From NCBI GenBank assembly GCA_051251915.1, contig JBPOGF010000009.1:90842-154841 (forward strand): a stretch of DNA of 64,000 nucleotides. Direction: 5' to 3'. Both the position numbers and the translations under genes were made by a program. Shown in pieces: positions 54,559-64,000 of the stretch (position 1 is the stretch's first letter; every line of letters begins with the position of its first letter). The notes beneath the pieces are model-generated. The model saw only the letters and a list, made by a program, of their open reading frames with translations, was not told the DNA's origin and did not search any database. This DNA is from Akkermansiaceae bacterium (lineage in GTDB: Bacteria; Verrucomicrobiota; Verrucomicrobiia; Verrucomicrobiales; Akkermansiaceae).

Positions 54559-56022
54559 CTACCAACGGTAATTTTTCTTAGGAACAAAAGACTCGTTCTT
54601 AGTCGGAAGCGTCGCCTTCGTAGCATCTAACTTCTCCTGCAACACCTTCAGCAGAACCTCAGTCTTCTCCATCTCCTTCTCAACCAGATTCACCTTCTCA
54701 GCAGGATCATCCTTTAGATTATAAAGCTCCACACCCTTACTGTAGTAAAACTTGATCAACTTCCAGTCACCCACCCTAACAGCCGAGCTAGGAATCCCAC
54801 CCTGGTTCCCCCAGTGAGGATAATGCCAGAACAACACCCTATCATCATCCTTAGCCTTCATCTGCTCCAGAATGCTAACCCCGTCCAAATGATCATCAAC
54901 CTGTAACTCTTTCCCACAAGCCTCCAAAATAGTCGGGAAAAAATCCGTACTAGTCACCAGCAAATCAGACTTACTACCAGCCTCAGTAACCCCAGGAACC
55001 CTCAGCAAAAGCGGCTCTCTTATCCCACCCTCATAAGTCCATCCCTTACCCGCACGCAACGGATAATTAGAAGTCGGAGACCCCTCAGAAGTAGACAACC
55101 CACCATTATCAGAGAAAAAGATCACCACCGTATCATCATACTTCCCACTATCCTTCAACCCCTGGATCACCTTCCCCACAGCCTCATCCATAGCCTCCAC
55201 CATCGCACCATAAATAGCATGCTGCTGAATCGCCCTCACCTTCCTAGGAAACTCCTCCTCAAAAATTTCATCCTCCTTAGCACCCAACTTCTCAGCCTTA
55301 GCCTCATACTTCTTCACCAGATCCTCCCTACCTATCAACGGCGTATGCACAGAATAAAATGACAACAACGCAAAAAACGGCTTATCCGTCTCCTTCATAA
55401 ATTTCACCGTCTCCGTAGCCAACCTATCCGGCAGATGCTCACCATCCTCACCATCCTCAAGCTGCGGATTCCCATAAGGAGAGAAATACTTTTTCCCACC
55501 ATAAGGCCCACCCTGCTTCCAACCGCCCTTATTAATATCAAATCCATGATCAGTAGGCAGTGAACCCTCACCACCCAAATGCCACTTCCCAGCAAAAAAC
55601 GTCGCATACCCCTGCGCCTTCAAAGCCTCCGGAAGCGTCGTCAACTCATGCGGTAAATGATTCACATAAGACGCCGGCACCAACGGCTTCTTCCACTTAG
55701 GAGTCGCCTGCCCAGGCTTCGGGTTAAACGCCCCAAAATAATCCGTATTCTTAGTCCGCGCCGGATACTGCCCCGTCATCAAAGATGACCTCGTCGGCGA
55801 GCACACCGGACACGCCGCATAAGCATTCGTAAACTGCACCGCATCCTTAGCCAGCGCATCCAAATTCGGCGTCTCATAAAAACTAGACCCATAACAACCC
55901 AAATCCTTATACCCCAAATCATCCGCAAACAGAAACAACACATTCTTCTCCTTCGCATCAACATGAGTCACAGACCCCACAAAGGCACACCCAACAGCCA
56001 ACAACATATTCTTAAAATTCAT
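54559..56022 (-). CDS. Sulfatase (formylglycine-dependent, S1)
   Basis: Signal peptide, ADDLG, CSPTRSSLMTG (CxPxR), GKWHLG, SDNGG, YEGGIR. Confidence 0.95.
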   Translation of the reverse strand: MNFKNMLLAVGCAFVGSVTHVDAKEKNVLFLFADDLGYKDLGCYGSSFYETPNLDALAKDAVQFTNAYAACPVCSPTRSSLMTGQYPARTKNTDYFGAFNPKPGQATPKWKKPLVPASYVNHLPHELTTLPEALKAQGYATFFAGKWHLGGEGSLPTDHGFDINKGGWKQGGPYGGKKYFSPYGNPQLEDGEDGEHLPDRLATETVKFMKETDKPFFALLSFYSVHTPLIGREDLVKKYEAKAEKLGAKEDEIFEEEFPRKVRAIQQHAIYGAMVEAMDEAVGKVIQGLKDSGKYDDTVVIFFSDNGGLSTSEGSPTSNYPLRAGKGWTYEGGIREPLLLRVPGVTEAGSKSDLLVTSTDFFPTILEACGKELQVDDHLDGVSILEQMKAKDDDRVLFWHYPHWGNQGGIPSSAVRVGDWKLIKFYYSKGVELYNLKDDPAEKVNLVEKEMEKTEVLLKVLQEKLDATKATLPTKNESFVPKKNYRW

Positions 56023-56148
56023 AACACACCACTACCCCACCCAAAACCAAACCACAACCCAAGAAATCAACTTATCCCAAAACCCAAGCCACAACAACCC
56101 AAGCACACAACCCAAGCACTGATCACCGCTAACCGATCACTCTAAAAC

Positions 56149-56895
56149 CTAAAACCAAGCACTCATAGGCTTATATGCACAAAACACACCAAACAAAGTA
56201 AACCAAACACTAGCAGCCATCCACCACTTCCCCTGCTTATTCCCCATACAAGCCCACTTCCCTAAAATAGCACCATACACCATCCCTGAAATATGCGCCA
56301 CATTACCAATATTCATCGCCCCTGTATAAGTAAGTACAAAACAAAGCACCTGCCAAAACAACATCAACTTCACAGTCTGACCATTAAACTTCTCCAGAAA
56401 CCCCGTCCACCTAGGCCACGCCGTCCACATAAATCCACAATAAGCATACACCACACCAGATAACCCCACCCCAGGCCTCTCGATCGCAGTAGATATAGCC
56501 GAACTCACAAACCCAGTAACCACCACAAACAACACCGCCTTCGCAGTCCCTAACCCCCGCTCCATCAGCGGCCCCAACTGCAACAACCACATCATATTAA
56601 ATACAATATGAAAAATACTCACCGGACTATGAATAAAACAAGAAGTCAAAAATTTCCACTTCGGCTCACTATAAGGATCAGCCCCAGTCATCGACCCCAG
56701 CCCATTCATCGTCTTCACCAGCAACTCAATATCCTCAGTACCCACAGAAAATACCAAAAACGCAGCCACACTACACCACAGCATCAACGCATACGTGAAC
56801 ACTGGAAATACATTCGGCAACGCCTCATACAACCGGGAATTCCTCCACGGCCCTGCTTCACTCGGATTATCTGGCGGAAAAGTAAGTTTCATCAT
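56149..56895 (-). CDS. Rhomboid intramembrane serine protease (GlpG-like)
   Basis: HIVFNMMW, GLSGVVY (catalytic Ser), NVAHISG (catalytic His). Confidence 0.9.
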   Translation of the reverse strand: MMKLTFPPDNPSEAGPWRNSRLYEALPNVFPVFTYALMLWCSVAAFLVFSVGTEDIELLVKTMNGLGSMTGADPYSEPKWKFLTSCFIHSPVSIFHIVFNMMWLLQLGPLMERGLGTAKAVLFVVVTGFVSSAISTAIERPGVGLSGVVYAYCGFMWTAWPRWTGFLEKFNGQTVKLMLFWQVLCFVLTYTGAMNIGNVAHISGMVYGAILGKWACMGNKQGKWWMAASVWFTLFGVFCAYKPMSAWF

Positions 56896-56985
56896 TTAAA
56901 AATTGCTTGCTCAGGAATCGTCTCCTTTAGCCAATTTGTCAACAACGCATCCATCTCCCCCACCAACACCCCACACAACCATAAA

Positions 56986-58116
56986 CTAAAAAACCACCCC
57001 CTTCTTGCGTTTCCCACGCAACCATCTCAACAAAAACAACACCGGAACAACAATCAAAATAGCAAGAATCCCGAGAACTACATAGCCTCCATCAACCACA
57101 TAAGAAGTCATCACACTCCTATTCCTATCCACCACCTCCCCCTTATAAATCATCGCCTCCTTCACCTTCGGCTTACTCACCCCACGCTCCTCCAACTCCA
57201 CCTTCATACTCTTAAAATCCACCGCCCTACCCTCACCTATCAAAGTAGCCTCCACCGCCTGATACATCTCCAGCCACTTCTCAGCCGCCTCTATCTCCCT
57301 CCTCACCTGCCCATCATGAGTCCTAAAATGAGCAGACTCCACCAACTGATCAGCAGACTTCAAACTCTCCAACCCCTCAGCCACCTCTTGAAATCTCACC
57401 GAGAAAATCCACTTCACATGATGCCCCAAATACTCCGCCCTATGATAACACCGGATCGCCAACTGATACTCCCCCTCCTGCAAATAAACATCCCCCAACA
57501 CCAAATAAACATCCGCAAACGAATAATCATTCTTAATCAACGTCAACAAATACTCCTTATTCACCAGCGGACTACCCGCCACAACATCAACCCCAGATCC
57601 ATACTCAACACCTAAAAAATTCTTCGTATAACCAGGATCCCTCTCCACCGCATCCAACCACTCTATCATCCGCAAATAATAATCCCCCAGCCCCATATGC
57701 CCCTCCTCCTTTATCTCCAAAGAATCAGAAATATACCCCGCCGCCCTCTCATACTCCCCCATCTTCTTATAAAGCACCCCCCGGTTCGCCGCCGTCTCAT
57801 ACCTCCCAGGATGCAACTCCTCATTCCTATCAAATTCCACCACAGCCTTATCATACTCCTTCAACTTTATATAAGCCGATGCCAAATCATTCCTAGCCAC
57901 AAAATCACCCCCATCCACCTCTAACAGCGCACTCGTCCTACTCACCTCATTCTCATAAAACCTCTCCCCATGATGCGCAAACTGCCCCAAAACAAGATCC
58001 AACTCATTCCCCGTAATCTCCAACTCATCCAACCGAGAATAACTCGTATTAATACAAGACATACACCACACCATCACAACACTAAGCCACACCCTCATCA
58101 TTCGTTCACCCATCAC
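56986..58116 (-). CDS. Exported TPR-containing protein with C-terminal membrane anchor
   Basis: Signal peptide, TPR-like repeats (ARNDLASAYIKLKEY; ANRGVLYKKMGEY; YLVLGDVY), C-terminal TM helix and basic tail. Confidence 0.75.
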   Translation of the reverse strand: MMGERMMRVWLSVVMVWCMSCINTSYSRLDELEITGNELDLVLGQFAHHGERFYENEVSRTSALLEVDGGDFVARNDLASAYIKLKEYDKAVVEFDRNEELHPGRYETAANRGVLYKKMGEYERAAGYISDSLEIKEEGHMGLGDYYLRMIEWLDAVERDPGYTKNFLGVEYGSGVDVVAGSPLVNKEYLLTLIKNDYSFADVYLVLGDVYLQEGEYQLAIRCYHRAEYLGHHVKWIFSVRFQEVAEGLESLKSADQLVESAHFRTHDGQVRREIEAAEKWLEMYQAVEATLIGEGRAVDFKSMKVELEERGVSKPKVKEAMIYKGEVVDRNRSVMTSYVVDGGYVVLGILAILIVVPVLFLLRWLRGKRKKGVVF

Positions 58117-58237
58117 CCCCCCATCATAAACCTTACCCCTAAAGACTCAACAAGAAACCCTCACATAATCTCCCCGAGATCACCCCACCACCAACTTCCT
58201 CCTTGCCATTCTCAACAAAAATCACAACATCCCTAAT

Positions 58238-58633
58238 ATGAAATTATACACCCTACTATTCGCCATCCTCACCTCACTTTGCCTCGCAGCAGAAAACACC
58301 CAAGAGGATCTAACAAAACAAGTCACCCTAATGATCACAGAGCTAGAATCTGATAAACCTGAAGATGTAAAAAAATTCATCCAAACCTACGCTCGCCCCA
58401 TCGAACTAAAAGAAGAACTCCAGATCAATGACGACATGATTCAGTACTTCATGAAAAGTAAACAAGGCGAACTCCTCGAAGTACTAAAACACATCAAACC
58501 AGAAAAAGCCAAAAAAGACGAAGACGGCAAATCATACCTCTATAGCCTTGACCCTGAAAAATTAAAAAGCTCAAAGAAAAACATAAAATTCATCTACAAC
58601 CCAGAAACCAAAATATTCCACATCAGCAACTAA
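58238..58633 (+). CDS. Hypothetical secreted protein
   Basis: MKLYTLLFAILTSLCLA signal peptide; 131 aa. Confidence 0.7.
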   Translation: MKLYTLLFAILTSLCLAAENTQEDLTKQVTLMITELESDKPEDVKKFIQTYARPIELKEELQINDDMIQYFMKSKQGELLEVLKHIKPEKAKKDEDGKSYLYSLDPEKLKSSKKNIKFIYNPETKIFHISN

Positions 58634-58659
58634 CACCCCCAAACTCCCTCCCCAACACC

Positions 58660-59192
58660 CCTCTTCCGTGCTCTCCGTGGTTCAATAAAAAAACACAGCC
58701 CCCAAGGCTTCATCGTCCACCCATTCGTGAAAATTAGTGCAGATTCGTGGTAAAAAATCCATCAACCCCACGTAAAACAGCAGAGCTGCACGTCGTTAAT
58801 CGCGTGCGCCAAAGGCGTTATACGCGACATCAACCAAGTTCAGCGTCCTTCAGCGCCTTCAGCGGTTCAAAATAAGTTCCATCGTCCACCATTCATGAAA
58901 ACTCGTGGTCCAACACCGCAGGTCAAAACCCAACCTTCCTCCCCATCAACCCTGTTCCGTGCCTTCCGTGCTTTCCGTGGTTCAAAAAAAACACAACCCA
59001 AGGCTCCATCGTCCACCCATTCGTGAAAATTAGTGAAGATTCGTGGTAAAAAATCCATCAACCCAAGCTTCCCTAGCCATCAACCAAGTCCCCTCTATTC
59101 AGCCCCTTCCGAGGTCAACAGCACCGCAGGTCAAAACCCAAGCCAACAAAGCACCAAGCCCCCCATTGACTATTGCCCATTGACCAATGACC
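58660..59192. repeat. Mosaic array of short-period repeats (9-10-nt triads, 7-mers) with a ~100-bp direct duplication
   Basis: 58664-58768 matches 58964-59064. Triads ttccgtgcc-ttccgtgct-ttccgtggtt, attcgtgaaa-attagtgcag-attcgtggt and ttcagcgtcc-ttcagcgcc-ttcagcggtt. Confidence 0.9.
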
Positions 59193-60318
59193 GAATAAAC
59201 GCCCCAAAAAACTCCACCCCCTCCTCCAGATCCTTCACTATAATAAACTCATCCTTCGTATGCGCCTGATCAATAGACCCAGGCCCCACACAAACAGAAG
59301 GAATCCCACCAGCACCCAAATGCGCCGCATCAGAAAACCACGGCGCACCCACACACCGCGCCCCAGGCCAAGCCCCCAACAACTTCTGAACAAACTCATT
59401 ATCCTCTCCAGTCTCCATCGGCGGATTCTCATGGCTACCACTCACCCTCACCGGCAACCCCATCTCCTCAATAAACCCCTCAGTCACCCCCCTACCACCA
59501 CCGGCCAACATCAGCGACGGAGTCGTCCTAATATCCAACTCAGCCACCGCAAAATCCGGCACAATATTCGGCCTAGTCCCACCATGCAGCGTCCCCACAT
59601 TCAACGTCGAATGCCCCAACACCGGATGCGTATACGTCGCCAACCTATTACACAACTTCCTATTCATCATATCCAGCGACCGCGCCAAAATCATAATCGC
59701 ATTCTCCCCCCTCTCAGGCTGAGACGAATGCGCCGCCTTACCCACAGCCTCCACCGTCAACCACGCACACCCCTTAGTCACATTCACCACATCCAGCGAA
59801 GTAGGCTCCCCCGCTATCGCAAACACATACTCCCCACCATGATGCTCCGCAAAATGCCGTGACCCCTGCTGCACAGACTCCTCCCCCATAAACGCCACAA
59901 AATCCACCGCCACCGGCAACTCCCCCAGCAACTCCACACACTCTAACAACGCCGTAATCATCGCCGCCATCGGCCCCTTCGTATCAGACGCCCCCCTCCC
60001 CAAAACCTTACCATCCACCAAATCCCCACAAAAAGGATCAAACACCATCCCAGCCACACCCACCGTATCCATATGCGGCCCCAACAAAATCCTAGGCCTC
60101 TCATCCACCCCCTCACCAGAATAAGGCGCCCGCGCAATAACATTCGGCCTCCCAGGCAACACCTCCTCCTGCACCACATCAAATCCACCATCACCCAGAT
60201 ACCCCACCAAAAAATCCGCCACCCCCTGCTCATCCACCAACTCCGTCCCCGGAGCATTATCAGAATTCACACTAGGGATACGAATAAGAGTCTGCAAAAG
60301 TTCCACCACATTCATCAT
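59170..60318 (-). CDS. M20 family metallopeptidase/deacylase (ArgE/DapE-like)
   Basis: HMDTV, GRGASDTKG, GEE, GEPT, GKAAHSS, GPGSIDQAH..DE. Start at MMNVV. Confidence 0.9.
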   Translation of the reverse strand: MMNVVELLQTLIRIPSVNSDNAPGTELVDEQGVADFLVGYLGDGGFDVVQEEVLPGRPNVIARAPYSGEGVDERPRILLGPHMDTVGVAGMVFDPFCGDLVDGKVLGRGASDTKGPMAAMITALLECVELLGELPVAVDFVAFMGEESVQQGSRHFAEHHGGEYVFAIAGEPTSLDVVNVTKGCAWLTVEAVGKAAHSSQPERGENAIMILARSLDMMNRKLCNRLATYTHPVLGHSTLNVGTLHGGTRPNIVPDFAVAELDIRTTPSLMLAGGGRGVTEGFIEEMGLPVRVSGSHENPPMETGEDNEFVQKLLGAWPGARCVGAPWFSDAAHLGAGGIPSVCVGPGSIDQAHTKDEFIIVKDLEEGVEFFGAFIRSLVNGQ

Positions 60319-60439
60319 GCCCACATCATGCACACTCTTCCCCCACACTGTGAAGCCCATTATTCAGCAAAATACCCTCCAACGTGATATCGACCTCCCA
60401 GTCGATAAAACCCAAACCACCCACAACCCAAACTTCCCT

Positions 60440-60808
60440 ATTCATCAACCCAAGCTTCCGCTTCATCAACCAAGTTCCGTCTATTCCGTGTCTTCCGTGG
60501 TCAAAAAATCCAACAACCCAAGCCAAATATCCATACCCAAAGTTCAGCTTAATTCAGCACATTCAGCGGTTCAAAAAAAGTTTCATCGTCCACCCATTCG
60601 TGAAAATTCGTGCAGATTCGTGGTAAAAAGCACCATCAACCCAAGCCACCAAAGCACCATGCCCACAACCCCATGTTTCATCGTCCACCACCAATGACCA
60701 ATGACCAATCAACCTCTGACGGATCGCAGATCCCCACCCCTCAGAACCACCAACACTAACCCAAGCAAACTTCAAACTTCACAATTCTACCTTCACACTT
60801 CACACTCC
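60440..60808. repeat. Second mosaic array of the same repeat family
   Basis: ttccgtcta-ttccgtgtc-ttccgtggt; ttcagcttaa-ttcagcaca-ttcagcggtt; catcgtccacccattcgtgaaaattcgtgcagattcgtggt (60584-60624); caatgac x2.5; cttcaca-like x5. Confidence 0.9.
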
Positions 60809-60812
60809 CCCC

Positions 60813-63602
60813 ATGCAAGAAATCACCTTTCTGAACTGGGACCAACCCCTACTCACAAAACTCGTCAAACACCTCCGCGCACTCAAAGACGACGTAGTAA
60901 ACAAAATCGTCATCGTCCCCACCGTCCAGTCCGGCAGACAACTCCGTAAAGCACTCGCAGAAGCAGGCATAAACCTCACCCCACGCGTAGTCACCCCAGA
61001 CATCCTCCTACCCACCAGAGACCCCGGCACCCGCGCCGCCGCCCTCACCGCCTGGACCCAAGTCCTCCTAGAACTAGACCTAGACGACGCCCGCGGCCTC
61101 TTCCCCAAAGACCCACCCCCAGGAGTCATCCACTCCTTCCGCTGGGCATTCAACGTCGCCAAACAACTCTCAGAACTACAACAAACCCTCCGCGACAACG
61201 GCAAAACCTTCCAAGAAATCAGCCGTAGATCCATCGAGTCACAACGCTGGGCAGACCTCGCCACACTAGACGACCGCGTCACAAAAACCCTCCGCAAATG
61301 GCGCATCCAACCAAACGACCAACTCCCATTAGAACCCATCCCCTCAGACAAACAACTCATCATCGCCGGCGTCCCAGACATCTCCCCCCTAGCCATCGCC
61401 CGACTAGAAAACCTCCTAGAAAATAACACCCCCATAGAAATCATCATCCACGCCCCAGAAACCCACCGCCCACACTTCGACCCCTGGGGAAGACCACTCA
61501 GCGACTACTGGAACACCGCAGAACTCCCCCTCCCCAACTGGCAGCAAAACGTCACCATCGCAGAAAACCCCACCCTAGCCGCCAAGCACATCGTCACCCA
61601 GATCGCCAAACAAGACCTCATCCCCGTCCAACTCACCCTAGGCCTCTGCGACCGTGACCTCGTCCTCGCCATGCAGCGAGAATTCGCCACCGCCGGCTGG
61701 GACATCTACGACCCAGAAGGCGCCAGCATCAGATCCTCCAGCCTCATCCTCTTTCTCACAGCCCTCGGAGAATGGCTCACCACAAACCCCGCCACCCCAG
61801 CACTCACCAACCCCATCTCCGCCCTCGCCAAGCTCATCCGCCTCCCAGAAATAGAAGCCTTCCTCCCAGAAAAAACCGACCGCTACACCCTCATCCGCCA
61901 GCTAGACCTCTGCACAGAAAAACGCCTCCCCCTCCACGCCTCAGACCTCAACAACCACCTCCAAAACTCCACCACACAAGAATACCCACAACTCACAAAA
62001 ACACTACAGCACCTCCTCACAGAAACCCAAAAAATGCTCAGCGGCAACAAAATCAAAGGCCTCCAAGGCTGGATCGCCAGACTCCTCAACCGCACACACC
62101 CAGACATCGCCGCCCTCCTCGTAGACGACATCGCACACATCCTCCAAGCCCTCACCAGCATCGAAAAACACTCCGGCAAAGACGGCCTCGAAATCACCCA
62201 AGCCCTAGAAATCATCACAGAAATCATCTCCAACAAAAAATCCTACCAAAACACCACCAACACCGTCGCAGACCTCCACAGCTGGATGGAACTCATCTAC
62301 CAAGACTCACCAGAACTCTTCCTCATCGGCCTACACGAAGGACACATCCCAGAATCCCACGGAGATGACCCCTTCCTCCCAGACTCCTTCCGCCAAATGC
62401 TCGGCATGGACAGCGGAGACATCCACTACGCCCGTGACAGCTACCTCTTCCACGCCCTCATCGCCAGCAGACAAAACACCCACATCACCCTCAGCAAACT
62501 CAGCGAGACAAACGAACCCAAAACCCCATCCCGCCTCCTCCTCCGCACCACAGGAAAAGACCTCGCAGAACGCGTCCACACCTTCTTCGGAGACCCACAG
62601 TTCCAGTCCTCCAACCCCAGCGCATGGCAGCGTGACTGGACACTCAACATCCCCCAAGTCCCCAACCCATACTCCCCAGAAAACGACCCCATCCAAGCCC
62701 TCTCCCCCTCAGCCCTTAAAGACTACCTCCACTGCCCGTTCCGCTTCTTCCTCAACCGCATCGTCCGCATGAGACGCTACGACGCCAACAAAACAGAACT
62801 CAACGCCCTAGACTTCGGAAACCTCATCCACGCCACAGTAGAAAACTTCGGCAAAGACCCAGCCATCCGTGACTCCACCTCAGCCAAAGAAATCCAAAAC
62901 CACCTAGACCTACTCCTAGAACAAGAAATCTTCATCCGCTACGGTGCCAACCCACACCTAGCCATCAGAATCCAAGCAGACATCGCCAAATCCAGACTCC
63001 ACAAACTAGCCACCCTCCAAGCCCAAGAAGCAACAGACGGATGGCGCATCATCGACGTCGAACTAGACATAGGAAATAAAATCCACTGGGACATCAACGG
63101 CCACCCCATCAAAATGCAGATCGACCGCGTAGACCGCCACATCCACACCGGAGAAATCCGCGTCATGGACTACAAATCCTCCGGCAAAGCCAGCGACCCA
63201 CTCAAAGCCCACATCACAAATTTCAACCCAGACCAAAACCGCCCCATCTGCGGAGACCTCCTCCCCAAAGCCCCAAGAGGAAGAACCGAGCGCACCTGGC
63301 AAAACCTCCAACTCCCCATCTACGCCTGGTTCGCCCAGCAACACTACAAAACCACAGACATCCCCACCATAGGATACATCAACCTCCCCAACACCCTCTC
63401 AGACACAGCCTTCACCACCTGGAAAAAATTCGACTCCACCCTCCTAGACTCCGCCAAACAATGGACCACCCAAGCCATCAAAAACATCCAACAAAGCGAC
63501 TTCCTCCACCCCGCCACCCTCCCCACCAACCAAGAAAACTGGGACGACTACTCCAAACTAGCCCAAGGCAACATCACCCAAGCCTTCGCCCTAAACACAT
63601 AA
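60813..63602 (+). CDS. AddB/RexB-like protein: inactive helicase region plus PD-(D/E)xK nuclease
   Basis: IVPT..SGR.LR at the N-terminus; LSPSALKDYLHCPFRFF, FGNLIH, IDRVD, VMDYKS, LQLPIYA. Confidence 0.88.
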   Translation: MQEITFLNWDQPLLTKLVKHLRALKDDVVNKIVIVPTVQSGRQLRKALAEAGINLTPRVVTPDILLPTRDPGTRAAALTAWTQVLLELDLDDARGLFPKDPPPGVIHSFRWAFNVAKQLSELQQTLRDNGKTFQEISRRSIESQRWADLATLDDRVTKTLRKWRIQPNDQLPLEPIPSDKQLIIAGVPDISPLAIARLENLLENNTPIEIIIHAPETHRPHFDPWGRPLSDYWNTAELPLPNWQQNVTIAENPTLAAKHIVTQIAKQDLIPVQLTLGLCDRDLVLAMQREFATAGWDIYDPEGASIRSSSLILFLTALGEWLTTNPATPALTNPISALAKLIRLPEIEAFLPEKTDRYTLIRQLDLCTEKRLPLHASDLNNHLQNSTTQEYPQLTKTLQHLLTETQKMLSGNKIKGLQGWIARLLNRTHPDIAALLVDDIAHILQALTSIEKHSGKDGLEITQALEIITEIISNKKSYQNTTNTVADLHSWMELIYQDSPELFLIGLHEGHIPESHGDDPFLPDSFRQMLGMDSGDIHYARDSYLFHALIASRQNTHITLSKLSETNEPKTPSRLLLRTTGKDLAERVHTFFGDPQFQSSNPSAWQRDWTLNIPQVPNPYSPENDPIQALSPSALKDYLHCPFRFFLNRIVRMRRYDANKTELNALDFGNLIHATVENFGKDPAIRDSTSAKEIQNHLDLLLEQEIFIRYGANPHLAIRIQADIAKSRLHKLATLQAQEATDGWRIIDVELDIGNKIHWDINGHPIKMQIDRVDRHIHTGEIRVMDYKSSGKASDPLKAHITNFNPDQNRPICGDLLPKAPRGRTERTWQNLQLPIYAWFAQQHYKTTDIPTIGYINLPNTLSDTAFTTWKKFDSTLLDSAKQWTTQAIKNIQQSDFLHPATLPTNQENWDDYSKLAQGNITQAFALNT

Positions 63603-63639
63603 CCCAACCGAACTAACAACCCAAGCCATCCAAAGCACA

Positions 63640-63948
63640 AGCATCCTAAAGGGATGAAGGCTTCAAAACCCAGGGATACACCCCTAACTTTTATACTCCT
63701 TTGGCATCACATCGCTTCTCAATAACTGTTTAGCTGAAGGCTAAAATCATACCAGCATAGGGTTGAGCGAAGCGACTCCCTATGTTTTGCGGAGTATATG
63801 TCTCGTTGGCTGAAGGCCAACCTCAGCCTTCACAGACTTTGAAAATTCCTTAACGCTCATGATCGTGCTATACACTTTACCGCATTGGGAAATGAACTTG
63901 TGTATAAAAGCCTAGGGATTCATCCCTGACTTTTATACATAAGTCAGG
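63640..63948. repeat. Cluster of REP-like palindromes
   Basis: TTTAGC-tgaag-GCTAAA, GTTGGC-tgaag-GCCAAC, AGCATAGGG...CCCTATGTT; 63665-63697 resembles the palindromic 63901-63939. Confidence 0.7.
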
Positions 63949-64000
63949 ATGATTTTTGGAATGCTTTCCAAGCTTCTCCGTAAGCTTCTACTTTTATCAT

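Noticed and set aside
56608..57615. 335-aa + strand ORF and similar His/Pro/Gln-rich ORFs (e.g. 59260-59862, 61772-62368, 7158-7619)
   Set aside because: Antisense or off-frame shadows of well-supported genes, caused by scarce stop codons on the C/A-rich strand.
58867..59269. Short ORFs inside the repeat arrays (also 60317-60775)
   Set aside because: They translate the repeat units (RKARKARN, SVYSVSSVV) and show no protein-like features.
58660..60808. CRISPR array
   Set aside because: No constant repeat alternating with unique, equal-length spacers; linkers are themselves repeated; no cas genes in the window.
63944..64000. Possible 3' end of a minus-strand gene (...IKVEAYGEAWKAFQKSS-stop)
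   Set aside because: Only 18 codons are visible at the window edge; cannot be supported or identified.

Overview
Bacterial chromosomal window that looks like a Verrucomicrobiota genome (Rubritalea/Akkermansiaceae-like; inferred from the RpoB/RpoC/RpoD sequences, several VPEP-CTERM proteins and a sulfatase). Core genes are prfB (5'-truncated), rplS, rplA-rplJ-rplL, rpoB-rpoC, rpoD, dprA, lnt, an ABC-F ATPase and an AddB-like nuclease. Envelope, stress and carbohydrate genes are interspersed. No rRNA, tRNA, CRISPR array, transposase or prophage was seen. Main observations: (1) an ECF sigma / small protein / MscS-TM-helix / CorA block resembling the Pseudomonas sigX-crfX-cmpX-cmaX module, lying between two inverted, near-identical beta-barrel OMP genes and next to an MscK-like channel; (2) the rplKAJL-rpoBC operon is broken: rplK is absent, rpoBC faces the other way, and rpoB keeps an E. 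coli-like attenuator preceded by a 19-codon upstream ORF; (3) many genes have a TTG-N20-(-10)-N6-start geometry pointing to leaderless mRNAs; (4) mosaic arrays of 9-10-nt triads and 7-mers flank an M20 peptidase, and REP-like hairpins sit at the right end; (5) extreme C/A versus G/T strand asymmetry. All family assignments come from motif reading and recalled sequences, not database searches.
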